Assembly: GCA_020137815.1 (NCBI GenBank)
Contig: CM035357.1
Span: forward strand, 3,968,001 to 4,032,000
DNA from: Hormiphora californensis
Lineage: Eukaryota > Animalia > Ctenophora
Length of the DNA: 64,000 nt
Direction: 5' to 3'
Each line of letters starts with the position of its first letter. Positions within the stretch are counted from its first letter, which is position 1. The translations under genes were made by a program, and so were the position numbers. A model generated the notes under the pieces. The model was given only the letters and a program-made list of their open reading frames with translations. It made no database searches and was not told the DNA's origin. Shown one piece after another: positions 1 to 14,000 of this stretch.

Positions 1-585
1 TTAGTGGTATAGTATGAAAGATTTTGTAAACTATAGTTCAGTAGAAAGTACAGATACCTATGTGATTAATTTTATAGATTAGGGTGATTCATCATTCATG
101 GGGAATGACAGAGAGTTGATTTATACTATTCATACATCCACTAAAATGTTTCTACTAATGTATAATATGTAATTGATTGAATATATCTATTAACTTTCTC
201 AAATTAATATCATAGAGGGGTATCACTGCACAGTGAGAGAAGTAATGCAGTAGTGGTGATTTGACTGTTAGTGTTAATTGCTGACGAGGGAATTAACTTG
301 GGCATATAATGACGATATGACCCTCTAATATTCGGTTGACGAGAGATTTATTAAAGCCTTTATATTGTAGAAAACAGATGGATTTATTCTTTTTACAAAA
401 AAAATTCCGTGTTTTGGGCTCGTACCATTTAGAAAAATGTTGAACCGATCAAAAACGCGCAAAATCGAGAAAATCGTTCAACGTTTTTAGATCCATGGCC
501 ATGAAACTTTGTCAATCTCAATTCTCGATCTCATGGATTGAAGAAAGCCGATCAGGCAACGACCAACCCTGAACCCTCCCCCCTC

Positions 586-602
586 TCTTTCTCTCTCTCT
601 CA

Positions 603-669
<67 letters not shown>

Positions 670-672
670 TCT
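586..672. repeat. (CT)n microsatellite
   Basis: Direct dinucleotide run. Similar (CT/GA)n runs occur at ~33450-33571, 42984-43079, 46737-46886, 47307-47390, 47915-47985 and 57441-57544. Confidence 0.95.
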
Positions 673-1246
673 CTTCCTGGATTCCCAGGCAATGAACCTG
701 TCCCCACCCAGCACCAGCACCGCACGAACAGAGCTAAGCTGATTAGCCGCACCCATACATGTTTTCCCTGGCCCAATTTGCGAGTGATTTGGTAGAGAGT
801 GAGGTAGAGAAGGAGAGAGTAAGAAAGAGAGAGAGATAGAATTATAAAGAGAGACGTAGAGAGTTAGAGTGAAATAGTAGGCCTCAGTACGAGAGAAAGA
901 GAGAAAAAGAAGGAAATAAAGAAGCAAAAAAAGAAACAAGACTGGCTGCCGTTTTCCTGCTATACTTACACGACGCGTACTATCACGTAGTTGCCAGTTT
1001 CTCTCACTTTGCTCTCACTTTGTGCAGTAATTGCATTGCTCTCTCATCAGCCAGAATTCTCTTCTTAGTTAAAGTAACGATCTCTCCTACTCTCATCATC
1101 AATCCCTGGCCTGCTCTTGAACTAGCAGGAAATTAGTGCGAGAGAGAGAAATCTCATATTCCTGACACATTGTAACAAGCTTGTCTCGTGGCACATAAAT
1201 TGCTCTCTTTCTATCTCCGCTCCATTGTCATTCAGCTGCTGCCAAA

Positions 1247-3010
1247 ATGTCAACAACGACAACCTCATGTCCCTCGACAAGGAAACAGCCCTTGGCAACA
1301 TCTTGTGATGTCGAGGGGAGGTGCTGTTTAGATAAAGCCTCTTGTAGCAGCGACAGGTTAGAGTTCACACACCATATATGGGCATCACGTGACTTACAAA
1401 AAAGCCACACACAAGCCAGGACCGTCCCTGACTGTATATTTTATAACCTCTAGTCAGGCCAAATATGCTCTGACCACAGTTCTCATGCGCTCCGCCAATT
1501 GCAATGCTCTGACTGTATAACCTCCTCTAGGTTCCTCTGCATCAATTATCTGTCTGTCTGTGAGGATGGTTATTGCGGAGTCAGTAATTACACATCATCA
1601 GTCTGCTGTCCCACCTCCTCACAGGTAGTAACTAGTAAAATTCAGATCTGTTTTATCGATCTTAGCATCGCTAAAAAGCGTGTGACTTTACCACCTACCC
1701 CTACTTAGTGTTGTGTATCGGATGGGCGGTTATCATGCTGTGTTGAGACAGATATTTGGTGGAAATGGCCTGCTATCATCGCCAGCTCATCCTTCCTCTT
1801 TCTCACCCTCATTCTCCTCGCCATAACCTTTAGACATACTCGGGTAATGAACGTTTATTGTTTGTTTATCGTAGGGCGTATGTTTGTAGGGCGTATGTTT
1901 GTAGGGCGTATGTTTGTTTATCGTAGGGCGTTTTATATTAGGAAACAGTTTGAAGTTGACTTGTTGACAAAAACGATGACACGCTTTTTTTCTTTGCTCA
2001 AGTTTTCAGAGTTTGTCCATTTTCTAATCCGCATGATATATTATAGGCCAGGACGCGTTACCGGGGCCGTCCCCACGTGATACACTGTGATGTAATACCC
2101 ACACCGCCCCCTCCACCATACCAAATGCACTGGAAGACATCTCTTGTTCTGGGATCTCCACCTCTTTACAGGGAGTCAGAGGTATGCAGTATCCCGCTTT
2201 AAAAAACTGCCATCGTAGAAATCTACCATGTCTGTTGGCCATTATCAATTGCGAATTCAATCAGCACCTGCCGATTGTCGCTTGCTTCAGTAAGAACTAA
2301 GAGTCGTATGATTTCCCTCATAATGTCATAGGAGAAATATGAGAAGAAATGAAGTTAGGAGTTGATTATGGCCGTATAGCCGGACGATTAATCTAATTTA
2401 AAATTGTGAGCGATTTATTAGATGGGAATGATTAAGAAATTTGACTAGACTCCAGCTCCAAGCCCAGTACTTGCACACATATTTAACTATTCCCAAGCTA
2501 ACGGCATATGGAACTCTAATAATATTCACGTATGAAGTGCTTTATGTTATAGTAGGCTGCTATGATCTAAATTTAGCTGCGTCTATTAAAAGATTTTTAA
2601 GACTCTATCCAGTATCCACGGCGTGCCTTGTGAAATTTTAACACAAATGCTGCCAAAAACCACTGCTTGTACGTGGTAGCTGACGAGGGTCTATATAATG
2701 ACGATTGACGCTATACTACAGTGCAGGAATATCAATTATCATGGATGACTTTTTCATTTTCTTCTAAAGTCTTATTACCGGTATCTTCCCCTATAAAAAC
2801 TGTCTCCCTCAGGTAGATACCTGTTCAGTGCAAGCTTCAACGACCCTGGAGAGACTCTCTAACCTGGCTACAACGGACACCCACCACTATCACACCACAG
2901 AAAGTGTGACTGATTACCATCCTACATCCAGTACTCTGACATCACTGGATAGTGACGAGACTAGGACTATGTCAGCTGTTGGCAACGATGTTGTTCTGTA
3001 CCGTCTATAA
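1247..3010 (+). CDS. Cys-rich single-pass membrane protein with cytoplasmic PPxY motifs (Shisa/WBP1/VOPP1-like architecture)
   Basis: In-frame GT-AG exons 1247-1320, 1531-1624, 1709-1843, 2047-2181 and 2813-3010. The ectodomain (...CDVEGRFLCINYLSVCEDGYCGV...CCPTSSQCCVSDGRLSCC) is followed by a TM segment (WWKWPAIIASSSFLFLTLILLAITF), then PPPPPY and PPLY, ending VVLYRL*. An upstream exon may exist (acceptor at ~1235). Confidence 0.7.
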
Positions 3011-3835
3011 TAATCCGGTTTACTGTATTTATAGTACGTGTTTTTTTGTGCGTTACATTTTGTATGAAGGATTGTTATATGTGTGAACATATATGACGTG
3101 TGTTTGCATGGTTTTTAATGAATTTATTTCAGTTTGAGATATATTTTGTACGAACAAACGATCTGCGTTTAAATTATTGGAAACAGCCGGTGGAGATATC
3201 GTGATTCGATTGGGAACATGTGGTTTGAAACCAAGAGTTGTTGCCAAATGTGGCATATGTTTTGTTTGCCAAACGTACATTCCTTCATCATAGCTTCCAC
3301 ACCCCTTTTTACGTGAGCTATTGGAGAATCATCACTGCAGTTTATATATTCCATTCCAGTTCTAAACTCATGTGTTTGTTGTTCACATATCGAGGGATTT
3401 TTGGTTTAAAACAATGTGGTAACTATTGTAACTCTTGTTACTAACCATGGTAACTAACCATGGTAACTAACTGGGTAACTAACTTTGGATTTATTTTACC
3501 GGTTCTGTAGTCGCGACTACTATAGCTCTGTGTAACTACAAATAAACCTGTATACTTCACCCCGCGAGTATACTGCGGATTTACCCTGTCAGAGCATTGG
3601 CCTGTATACTTCACCGACCGGATTTACTCTGCTATTTTTAGTTTCACCATGGACAGTTTGTATGAGATGGGGTCCGGGATGCATGATCACATACACACGT
3701 GTTGGTGTATACATTCTGAATAATGACTGTACGAAAACTTTCACACTACTCATTTTACAATTTGTTCATAAATGTTGACGTTGTACTAAGACTGCAGAGT
3801 CTGGAATAGAAGACATTGGGGGACAACAGTCGTGC

Positions 3836-3932
3836 CTGAACCTCAGGTTCAGGCCACGGCTATTTTCAACTGAAGCTGAGACCTGAGATTTCAGGTTTCA
3901 GTTGAAAATAGGCGTGGCCTGAACCTGAGGTT
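3836..3932. mobile_element. Short foldback/MITE
   Basis: Inverted arms aacctcaggttcaggccacg-ctattttcaactgaa / ttcagttgaaaatag-cgtggcctgaacctgaggtt. Confidence 0.6.
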
Positions 3933-4220
3933 CTAAGTACTGTCTGAGTTTCCAATTGTTACTTCCTTAATTGCTGTCTACACCTGGCACCATGTTTAGG
4001 AGACTTTTCCAGATATTACAACGCTTGCACCCTGTACGTGTTGTACATACATATACTTCTGTGTGTATGTACATTGTACATACATCTACTTCTGTGTGTA
4101 TATACATTATACATTGTTTATAACGCTACGTACGTGTATATATGTACATTATATATTTTTTGTGTTTCCTCCCCATACATTGTTTATAATTGGAGAATAC
4201 ATTTAGCTTTGTATATCAAT

Positions 4221-5130
4221 TTTATCACTGCGCTGGCAAGCGCAAAGGTGACCATCCCCTCCCCCCAGCCGCGCGTGCCAGAGTGCAGTAATAACTTTTT
4301 TCAGTTTTTAGCCAAAAATGGCATTTTGCGACGCCCATAGGGAGGCCCCCACTGCACCGATCGGTCTGAAATTTGGTATACAGTGTCACATAGTCTAGAT
4401 CTACTGTAGTTTAAAAGGGCAAGTCTCTATCTCTTTTAGTTTTAGAGATACAGCATCGTGCCAAAAGCAATAAATGTCCCGGGTCTATCTATGTATCTAT
4501 GTATCTATGTATCTATGGATAGACGCTGTTTTTACCAAATTTATAATCATTTTTGAGAGAAAACGACATAAGATAGACACTTCTCGTTTGTTGCATTCGA
4601 AAGATAATCGTTCAAATTGTGTAGACGAATAGTTTTCATGTTCTAGGTCCAACCAGAACGTCTTAACAAACTGTCATAAAGATAAGAGTTTTTTCAAATC
4701 AACCAAATTTCTTTGAGCTCAATTTACACCCTGAAGACGGCTTCTGATTGAAAAACGGAGACCGCACTTACGAAAGATAATCGTCTATACTTTCAGAAAC
4801 TATATCGCGAATTTGTGAAACTCTATTTCTAAGGGTCTCAAATCGCGTCTGAAGTGTTAAGACTGTATGAAAATAGATATGACGATAATGCGTTTTTCGC
4901 CAGAGCGACCTCAAATCTTGTCCAATCGATCTCAAACTTGGTCAGCATCTTTATCTAGATGAGCCTGATAATAATATATCCCTATCTTGACGTTATAACG
5001 TCGTGACGTCACGCTATGACGTCATAATGACGTCAAAATTTAAATTTTCGTATTTTAGCGATTCCTGACGGTCTTTACACGTCCAGACATGTCTTACATT
5101 GTATTTCACATCAGAAAATACCAAAAATAT
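4221..5130 (+). mobile_element. Probable non-autonomous repeat (Helentron/DINE-like)
   Basis: TTTTATCAC start, internal (ctatgtat)n microsatellite and 'ccgatcggtctgaaatttgg' / 'atcgatctcaaacttgg' cores reminiscent of DINE/HINE elements. Boundaries are uncertain. Confidence 0.3.
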
Positions 5131-5135
5131 ACCCC

Positions 5136-5413
5136 AATTATGCCAAAAACTAACAGAAATTAGTTGGCTGGAAAGGTGACCATTTTGTTGTCAAACTGAC
5201 ACCTTTGCCCGGCCCGGGTTACGGATATGATCGATGGTAAATCATGGGGTAAATCAGGAAGAAAGAGAAAGAGAGAGAGAGAAAGTGAAAGAGAGAGAAA
5301 GAAATTAGAGAGGGAAAGATAATGATGAAACCCGGAGAGGGCAAAGGTGTCAGTTTGACAACAAAATGGTCACCTTTCCAGCCAACTAATTTCTGTTAGT
5401 TTTTGGCATAATT
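5136..5413. mobile_element. MITE with ~75-bp TIRs
   Basis: aattatgccaaaaactaacagaaattagttggctggaaaggtgacc... and its reverse complement ending ...ttttggcataatt. Confidence 0.75.
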
Positions 5414-5468
5414 TACTATAATTGTCTATTGTTTAGTGATTACAAAATCATCGTCGCGTGGGAGTAGA

Positions 5469-5763
5469 GTGGTTCCCTTGGCCTTCGTGGCTTCGTGGGA
5501 TGACGCTGCTATCAAGCTGTTGAACACAGGGAAGACTCATTTATTTATGCACAACGTTTTGGGTAAATGCCACATAATCATGTGTAATGTGATAGACAAT
5601 GCCACACCTCTTTGAAAACTTAAAGAACTGTCACATATTAGCTAGAGGGGCTTTGTCTATCAGATTACACATGATTATGGCGCATTTAGCCGAGACGTTG
5701 TGAACAAATGAGTCCTCCTTGTGTTCAACAGCTGGGTAGCAGCGTCACCCCACGAAGGGAACC
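5469..5763. mobile_element. Degenerate foldback MITE
   Basis: Imperfect inverted arms (ggttccctt...gacgctgctatcaagctgttgaacaca... / ...tgtgttcaacagctgggtagcagcgtc...aagggaacc). Confidence 0.6.
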
Positions 5764-6269
5764 AGCCTACTTGTATCACAATGGATATCCTACACATGTC
5801 ATAATTAACTCTAGTCTCTATGATTCCTAAATCAACTGAAACTTATACTGCGTTTTGGTTACTCAGCAACGTTTTGGTTGATCACTAAACTTGCACTTGC
5901 AGTTTACTCTGTCTGGCGCCACAGTATAAGCATCAGTATAATACTACAGGACACTGCAGTAAACAATGTTATTTCGCAATTTTAATTTAACTCCAAACAC
6001 GGTTAAATGTTGCGAAACATGAAAGTAATTAGTATGGCTTGAATCGTGATTCTCAGTTAGGAAATGCATTCGATCAGTATCTAAATTGTTCAACATAGTC
6101 TTGATAAGTGCATACAGCAGAGACGTAGATGAAATTGAAACAATGCACAAATCACATCATCGATATAACACTGATAGCTAGTTGTTTATTCATTTGTCAA
6201 TAGCTGTTTAGTTTCCTATATATGCTATGTGTTTGTGTATGTTCAGGGGTATACCTAACACACATACAT

Positions 6270-6948
6270 ATATACCCTGCTAACTTAAATAATGCGCCAG
6301 TGGCGAGAAGTCCCACTAGCGCGCTCTCAGTAAACAGCCAGTCCAGCGGCAGATTATTTCCCACTGGCAGGTTATTTATTTTTAACTCCTACGTAACATT
6401 CAAAGTGTGTGTAAATGATCAGTTCTTACTAAAATACAGAGGGAACACTATGTGCAACACTTACACACTACATTGGAGAGAAAGAAAGGACACATTCCGT
6501 CAATTACTCTCTCTTTATCTCCCCTTTTGTCTCACTATCTCTTTCTCTGTGTTATTTGTGACATGCCCCTTATCAGGCTATTTCTTTCACTCTCTTTCCT
6601 TAGCAACTGCTTAGTAACTGTTACCAAACAGTGTACACTCAATTGTGACGTGTTTTTAACTATTTCTCAGTTCTCTTTGTGTGTTTTGATTAGTGTTCTC
6701 TCTCTTGTTGGTGTGTAATACTTGAAATAAACAACTAAAGCAGGGTATATAACCCATAAACTCTGACCACTGGCACGTTATAGGTTTAAACCCCTCCGCC
6801 TCTCCCTCGGCTCCGCCTCGGGATCGTCGTCGTGATTTAAACCAGTTTATCCGCCAGCGGCGGATAAACTCCAGCTAACTTCTCCCAGCGGCGCGCTGGG
6901 AGAAAGTTATCTGAAATAACGCGCCAGTGGCCAGAGTTTATGCCTCAT
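6270..6948 (+). mobile_element. ~680-bp dispersed repeat with asymmetric IR and multiple 3' hairpins (Crypton- or Helentron-like non-autonomous)
   Basis: A second copy lies in reverse orientation at 29297-29965. The terminal tataccctgct is inverted internally at ~6740. Hairpins: gtttatccgcc..ggcggataaac, ctcccagc..gctgggag, ccctcggctccgcctcggg. Confidence 0.7.
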
Positions 6949-8026
6949 ATATTCAAATAGTAAATCCTTTTTACTTACGATTATTCGAAATTAATATGAT
7001 ATGGTTTTGTAAGAAGACTACTCAAGCGGGAAAATTAGAGTGGGGGAGAGAGGGAGAAAGTGAGCTAGAAAGGGACAAAGAGATCACATGCATGCCCCCA
7101 TTTAGTTTAACTCTGTACTGCGGATCGGTCGAACACGATGGATTATAGTGCATTTCGTCTGGAGAGTCATTCTCATGCCTTTATAATTTCGGATTCGCCT
7201 ATTGAACGAGTCTATTTCGCTCTCTTTCTTTTCTTTAGCCGTATTGAATTGTACGACAGCCATATATTTGATTTTCGTAGTCCATTTATTTGAAGCTAAA
7301 GTTTATACATGATTACATGAAATGTAGTCGATATTTGAAGCTATAGAGTCTATACATGAAATTTCTGTTTCTCTCTGATCGAGTTGGTTCTCATCAGATG
7401 ACGGCAGTGACTTCCTCCTTGCTTTATTTGAGTATGTTACTATTTGAGAGTTTAAACTTTCGGGAAGCTTCCGATATAATTAACTTATATCCTTCTTTAC
7501 CTTGCCTATGGTTTACCTTAGATTGCTCTCGTAATTGTCTACTTCAGTTAAGCAACATCAATATAATGATTGTAAACGGTTGAATAATGAACATATGTTC
7601 ATTATTCAACAATTAACCTTTTAGCATGTGCATATTATATGACCAATATCTTATTGAACCAAGATGAGATATATCTAAGATTCTTAGATTTTAGCAAGTC
7701 AGTGGTAAAAGCGTATGTATTTCGAAACATCGCTTATCATTTTATATTGTTATACTGCATCTATGGTAAAAGTACTGTCTCTGCTAATTATTGAAATGTA
7801 TTCTAATCAGTTGCAGCTATATTAATAAAGAAGTCTAACAAATGTTCAAAATGTTACATGTAGCTGCTATGAAACTGGACGTGGTAGAAGTAGGGAGTTT
7901 TCCCAACTGTAGTACAGCTTGACAAGCTTATTAAGTTGACAACAGCAGAAGCAGAAAAGTTTCTATTGTCGTCGAAACTGTATTTCTTGATTTCTTTTTA
8001 ATTTCTTCTTCAGAGTCGCTGTAATT

Positions 8027-11000
8027 ATGTTTTACTTTATTTGGTAAGCTACCGATCATTGTTTTTTTGTAGATTTAAGCAATCATTTTTAATTTGATTT
8101 AATTTCAATGGCTAACGAATATTTTCAGTGCTTTGTCCTTCCTCGCTGGTCTTGCCTCTGGGTGTGCTGACCCTAACAAAACACCAAGTGAAAACTTCAA
8201 GCATTCAAAGAATCTTTATCTTTCACAAAAGGAGGTAAAATTTTTTTGAGTAATATTAATAGTATGTGTACAATGTAGTCGGACCCCGATTTACCGGGAT
8301 CCTCGGGGGAAGCCATTTTGCCCGGTAAATCGGGGTGCCCGGTATATCGGGGTAGAGCATATTTGACCCATAAATCCTACTTTTGTCCAAAATTCTATAC
8401 CAAGACACCTCTAACTGTATAGTATACATTTATTGATGACAATATGATCATTGCTTCTGTTATTAGAAATAGAAAATTTAAAAAATTTTAAAAAAAATTA
8501 TAAAATCTTTTTCTAAGGTAACCCAACCCGACCGAGTCCGAATCGTGTTTCGAATCGGTGCATCTTATCGCATGTCCTGCCGCTAATTAGACGGTTCGAA
8601 ACGAACCGATACGTGATACCATGCCGAATCTGTCAGAGCATTGGCCTGACCCATTCTCGCTTCTCTCAAATAATACGCGAGAACTGTGGTCAGAGCATTG
8701 GCCTGAAAGTGCCGAATCTGGGCACCTTAAGCGGGGTGAGGAAGTATCAAAGTTTCAAAATAACTTTTTCTCTGAAAATTTACGGGGAGCATCGATCAAA
8801 GCATTGACAATGATTCTGTAAAATTTTGCAAAAAAAGTTATGAAATTTTTCTAAGGTATACCAGACACGTTCGAATCATGTTTCGAATCGGTACATCTTA
8901 TCACGTGTCCTGCCGCTAATTAGACGGTTTGAAACGAACCGATACGTGATCCCCATTAAACCTAGCGAATTGCAAATTTGCAAATTTATCAACTGGCAAA
9001 ACTTCAAAAATTTTCCAAAAAAATCGGGGGAAAGAAATCCTCCCGGTAAATCGGGGTTCCGGTAAATCGGGGCCCGGTAAATCGGGGTCCGACTGTACAT
9101 GCAAGAACTGCACTTGCTTATCCAAAGTCTATACACAATTCAAGTACATATATTCTCCTCAGCAACTTCTGGAAATTATAGCTCGGAAACGGCGCTCAGC
9201 AGACCCAGAGGAAGCTGAGGAAGAGGCTCCTACAACAGAGGACATGTTTGATGTTCTTACGACGGAGGAGTTCCGGTGGGTGGAGGACGTCCATACCAAC
9301 CATGACAGAAAGTACTACAACTACACCGGATATAATAGCTTTGAACCTATAAAAAGGTAGGAAGCACTATAACTTAAGTAGAGCAGCTGAATATGTTTTG
9401 AATATAATATGGCGTAAACTGTGCATACACTTCGCCCCCGAAGTACGAATATTCAATAGGTTGTTATGTGAATTTTACATGCTGATACCAGTGTCATTTC
9501 AGTGAGTTGTATCGACTTCAAAAGCAGTACGATTATGTGAAGATCGAGAAGTTTGGTAAAACTTACGAAAAAAGGTATTCGGATCCCATGCAGCGGTCAA
9601 TTACACACCTTCAATTGTTCCAAATGTTCTAAACACAGTTGTATTATTTCATTGTGACTCAATTACATTCTAACTCATGTTCTAACTCCTCTAATCTCGA
9701 TATTTCTGATAATACTTTATTTGCAGGGACCTCTTGGCGATTCACATCAATAAAAACAATAGCAAAGACATTGTCTTCTTGACGAGTTTGATACATGCTC
9801 GGGAGTGGGTCGCTGGATCAATCACAATGAACATTATACACAGAGTAAGAAGCTATAATTGTAATATATCTGACCTCGCACGAAAGGGTGTCATCAGCAC
9901 AATCCAATGCCTGTCAAGACTTGCCTATGCTACTCTATTCAGGCGAGTTAAGCGAGCTTACGCGGTGTGAGAGCCAACAGACTGGGAGCATGTCAAGTCA
10001 AGACCTACTATAATTATGTACATCTTAAAAAAATCAAATTGTTTTCTAAATTCCTCACTGATTCACTTTTTTCAGCTTTTAAAGTATAACACCAAGGATG
10101 CCAGGCTACTTCGAGATAACTTCCACTTCGTAATAGTACCCTGTCCTCAACCCCGACGGATACGAGTATACCATGTTCAAGGTATTATAAAGAATCAAAA
10201 CGATAGTGATCGGCATGTTCTCAACTATATAACACAACGAGCTGATAATAATAGATCGTTAGCCAAGATTTTGCTGTTTGTATAATATCTAACATGTATA
10301 ATTTCACCAGAATCGGATGTGGAGGAAAAACAGAGAGCCCATTCCAGGATCGAACTTTAGGGGAATTGACCTGAACAGGAATTTCTTGTACGGCTACCGT
10401 TCATGTAGCGTGATGTTTTGTAGTCAACCAATTTTAAAACTACCACACGTCAAGTTATTTTCCATAACTTTCTTCTTACATATCTTGGGGCAAAGTTGGA
10501 AGGAGCCTAAAAACTCGAAATAGTCTGCTACCCATCGCTCCTAATCGCACCCCTTTACAGATCCAACGGACCATGAAAATAATGGTGCCAAAAGTGAGAT
10601 TTACTCAGGAGGAAAGGCTCTTTCCGCCCTAGAAAGCACTGTAAGTCACATTCAACTGAATATAGGTTTTCATTCAACATGATTTATTTGATGCTTATTG
10701 AATTAACTTGTTATGTTCGGAGCTCGTGGAAAGGGGATCGAGCTAGGCAATGATTAACACGTGTGTCGTGTAATCTTGAAATTCTCCCTCTGCAAATTGT
10801 GATGTATATTTGTCTGTTTCAGGCGCTGAGTAAACTGCTATTCAAGTACCGTGCTGGAATGAAATACTTCATTGACTATCACACCTATGGCAACCTGTGG
10901 CTCAGTCCGTATGGGGCTCACAACTGGCTACCGAGGAACGAGCACCAAATAGTGAGTTATTTATAACGGCCTCCTTCACACGCGAGAAAAGAGCATCAAA

Positions 11001-14000
11001 TAGTGTAAACATGTTGATCAAGGTCTTTTTAGTTAAACGAAACCCCAATATTTTAGAAACGATATCGGGATAATGCCTTGAGGAGTTTTCAGCTTACTTT
11101 AGGAGGAAAAGACTTCGTCGGAGGAAGTGCTTATTCAATACTTTGTAAGATATGAATTCCACCACTCCCACTTTACTTTCAAGGCCTCTAAGTGAATTTG
11201 CTAATCAATATTTTATTGATCATTATCTAATATCTAGCTGACTGTAAAAAATGCTCCTAGCCTCGAGTTAATTATACCAACTGATCCCCGCTTTCAGATG
11301 AGTGTCATGGTATATTGATGGATCACGTTCATTACTACGTTACACCTTTATCATTTACCGTTGAAGTGGGTGACCCGAGGGACGACTTCACCGTACCCGA
11401 TTCACGCATCAACACCTATACAATATCCCAGGTACAGTCGGACCCCGATTTAACGGCCCCCGATTTAGCGGCACCCCGATTTAACGGCAGGATAAATTTC
11501 CCCCAAAAATTTTTTGAAATTTTTTTTGAAATTTCTCAAAGGTGTAACCACGTCCGAATCCTGTTTCGAATCGGTGCAGGTAATTAGACGGTTCGAAACT
11601 AACAGATATGTGATCCCCATGAAGCCCATCGAGTCGCAATTTTGACGCTTGTTAAACTGGCCCCATGGGGATCACGTATCGGTTAGTTTCGAACCGTCTA
11701 ATTAGCGACAGGACGTGCGATAAGATGCATTGATTCAAAACACGATTCGGACGTGGTTTATATACCTTTGAAAAATTTTCATAACTTTTTTTTGCAAAAT
11801 TCTACAGAACTAGCGCACCCATTGGGTGCGCCTCAAGTAAGGGCTTTTGATAACCCACCCGGCTTCGCCGGGCGGTTCTTTTCGTCCCTTTCAACTTCAA
11901 CACAATGGTTGCCATGACAACTGAGTTGGTAACTATGGAGACTGGCATGTTAAAAGTTATTCGAAAATATTAACAAACTTTCACTGAAGTTCCAAAAGTG
12001 TATGCAACAGCTTTACAGCTTTGGTCACTTAAAGTGTTTTATGAAGGAGCACTGTCGCTTAGATACCGCTGAACGAACGACTTCGACGACGTTCATCTCC
12101 AAATTATAATAGAGACTAGAAAGCCCATTGAAGTAGAGCACCCGTTGACCCGAATCCCCACACTCCTCCTCACCCAGGAGCACCCCTCTCACTCGCTGCA
12201 CCAACCCGCACGTGCAACCTCCCATACCCCTTCCAAGCCACCTCCTTGGCAACCCCCTCTATTTGCACGTGTGGATACTACATACTCATCACCACGACGT
12301 TCATTTGCAAATTATAATATAGACTAGAAAGCCCATTGTTAAGTCCTACAACACCCCCCCCCCCCCCCCCCCGTCTCTATGTCTCTCTCCCCCCTCACTC
12401 TTCGTCTCTCCATGTCGGGGTAAAGAATAAGGAGGTTGGTAGTGGTAGAGCGCCGGTGATAAACATCAAGGGAAGTCTCGCTGAATAACATGTAGAATCA
12501 GGTGATAAAGATCCGTAGAATTGTAGCTGTGTAGAGAATCAACGGGGTACGTAGGTAGAAAGGCTTTGGCAATCATGGAGGTCCCAGCAGTAGATCCAAA
12601 ACACTACAGGAACAACACAGGAACACGCAACAAACAACCAAAAACATGCACGTGCAGTATCCCCCCTCCAATACCCCTTCCAAGCCACCTCCTTGGCAAC
12701 CCCCATTGCACGTATTGCTACTATAGCTCCACACGTCTCATTGCAAATTATAATAGGACTTATATTAAGTACCTACACCTCCCAAACCCCTATGGTCCCC
12801 CCTCTTAACTATTAGTTCTCTCGTCTTGGGGTAAGGGCCGAGGTGGTATAGTAGTCTGTAGTACCTGAACTACGGGAGAGCCGCGCGGTGTAACTGTTAG
12901 AATCAGGTGTAAATCGTCATGGTACTGAGGTAGATATCACGGTATGTATTGAAAGGCGTGGCAATCATGGGGTCCACTAAGTAATTCTGAAATACCAAGA
13001 CACAACCCATACCCACAACTCCTTCCTCCTGCAATCTAATCCCTACCTCCAATAGACACCCCCAAGCACCTCCTTCAGCCACATCTAATTTGCCTATTGC
13101 GCATCATACCTCATCGCCACGCTTCTATTGTAATAAGAACCTATCTAGCGTTCTTTAGAATGAACCAGAACTTAGTCTGGCTTTACAGATTTACCGTAGT
13201 TTAGTTTAGGGTCAAGTCCGAATGTTTGTTTGTTGTTGCCGACACTGATTGGGTGTGGTGCGAGGTGCTGTGTTATTGATGATCGGTGGTATGCTGTCAT
13301 GCCGTTGAGAGTTTTTTCGCTAATATATTATAGCCAGCAGTTGTGCTACTAAGTATTTGGCAGTGTTTTGCCCTTGTTCCCTCTATTGCTCTTCGCTCTT
13401 CCTAATCCTAATGCCTTACCGTTCAATTGAGAATACACCATAATCTCAGCTATATGCATATAATTATGCCCCTTATTTGCATCCGCATCAGCCTTCTCGT
13501 CATCGTACAGGAATACAGCAAGTGTAGGTTCTTTAGTAGCAGGAAAGAACTGTGGCTGGCTTCTACAATTCCCCCTCCTTTCGTTACGAGTCAATAGCCC
13601 CTGTTGTTTTCTTGTTGCCCATTAGGATACTTGGGCCCTATAATCGAAGTTAAAAATTTCTTTTTTTTTAATTGAAAAAATCGGTTTTCTGCTGATACCA
13701 GTTAAAGGGGTTTTTAATTTTTCGAACTCCTATTTATATCCCACTTTGTCTACCTTTGTGTCTTGCAAGTTGTTTTTTTAGCCACTCGGGTTTCCCCCTC
13801 ATGAGTGCCAGGTAGGGGGGTGCCCCATCAATAGTTTTTCTGGCCCCAATCCGTTTTTGACTGTTCGAGCTGTAATCAAAACTGACACCTGTTTTGAGGG
13901 TTTGTACCACTTCCTGACTTCCCCAAGAATAAGAAAGAGAAAAATTTCAAATGTTTTTAAAACCTGGTATTTTAGATTTTTTTTAGGTGTAAAAACAGCA

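Noticed and set aside
487-939. ER/SL-repeat ORFs here and at 42.8-43.1, 46.5-47.0, 47.7-48.1 and 57.3-57.6 kb
   Set aside because: Translations of (GA/CT)n microsatellites.
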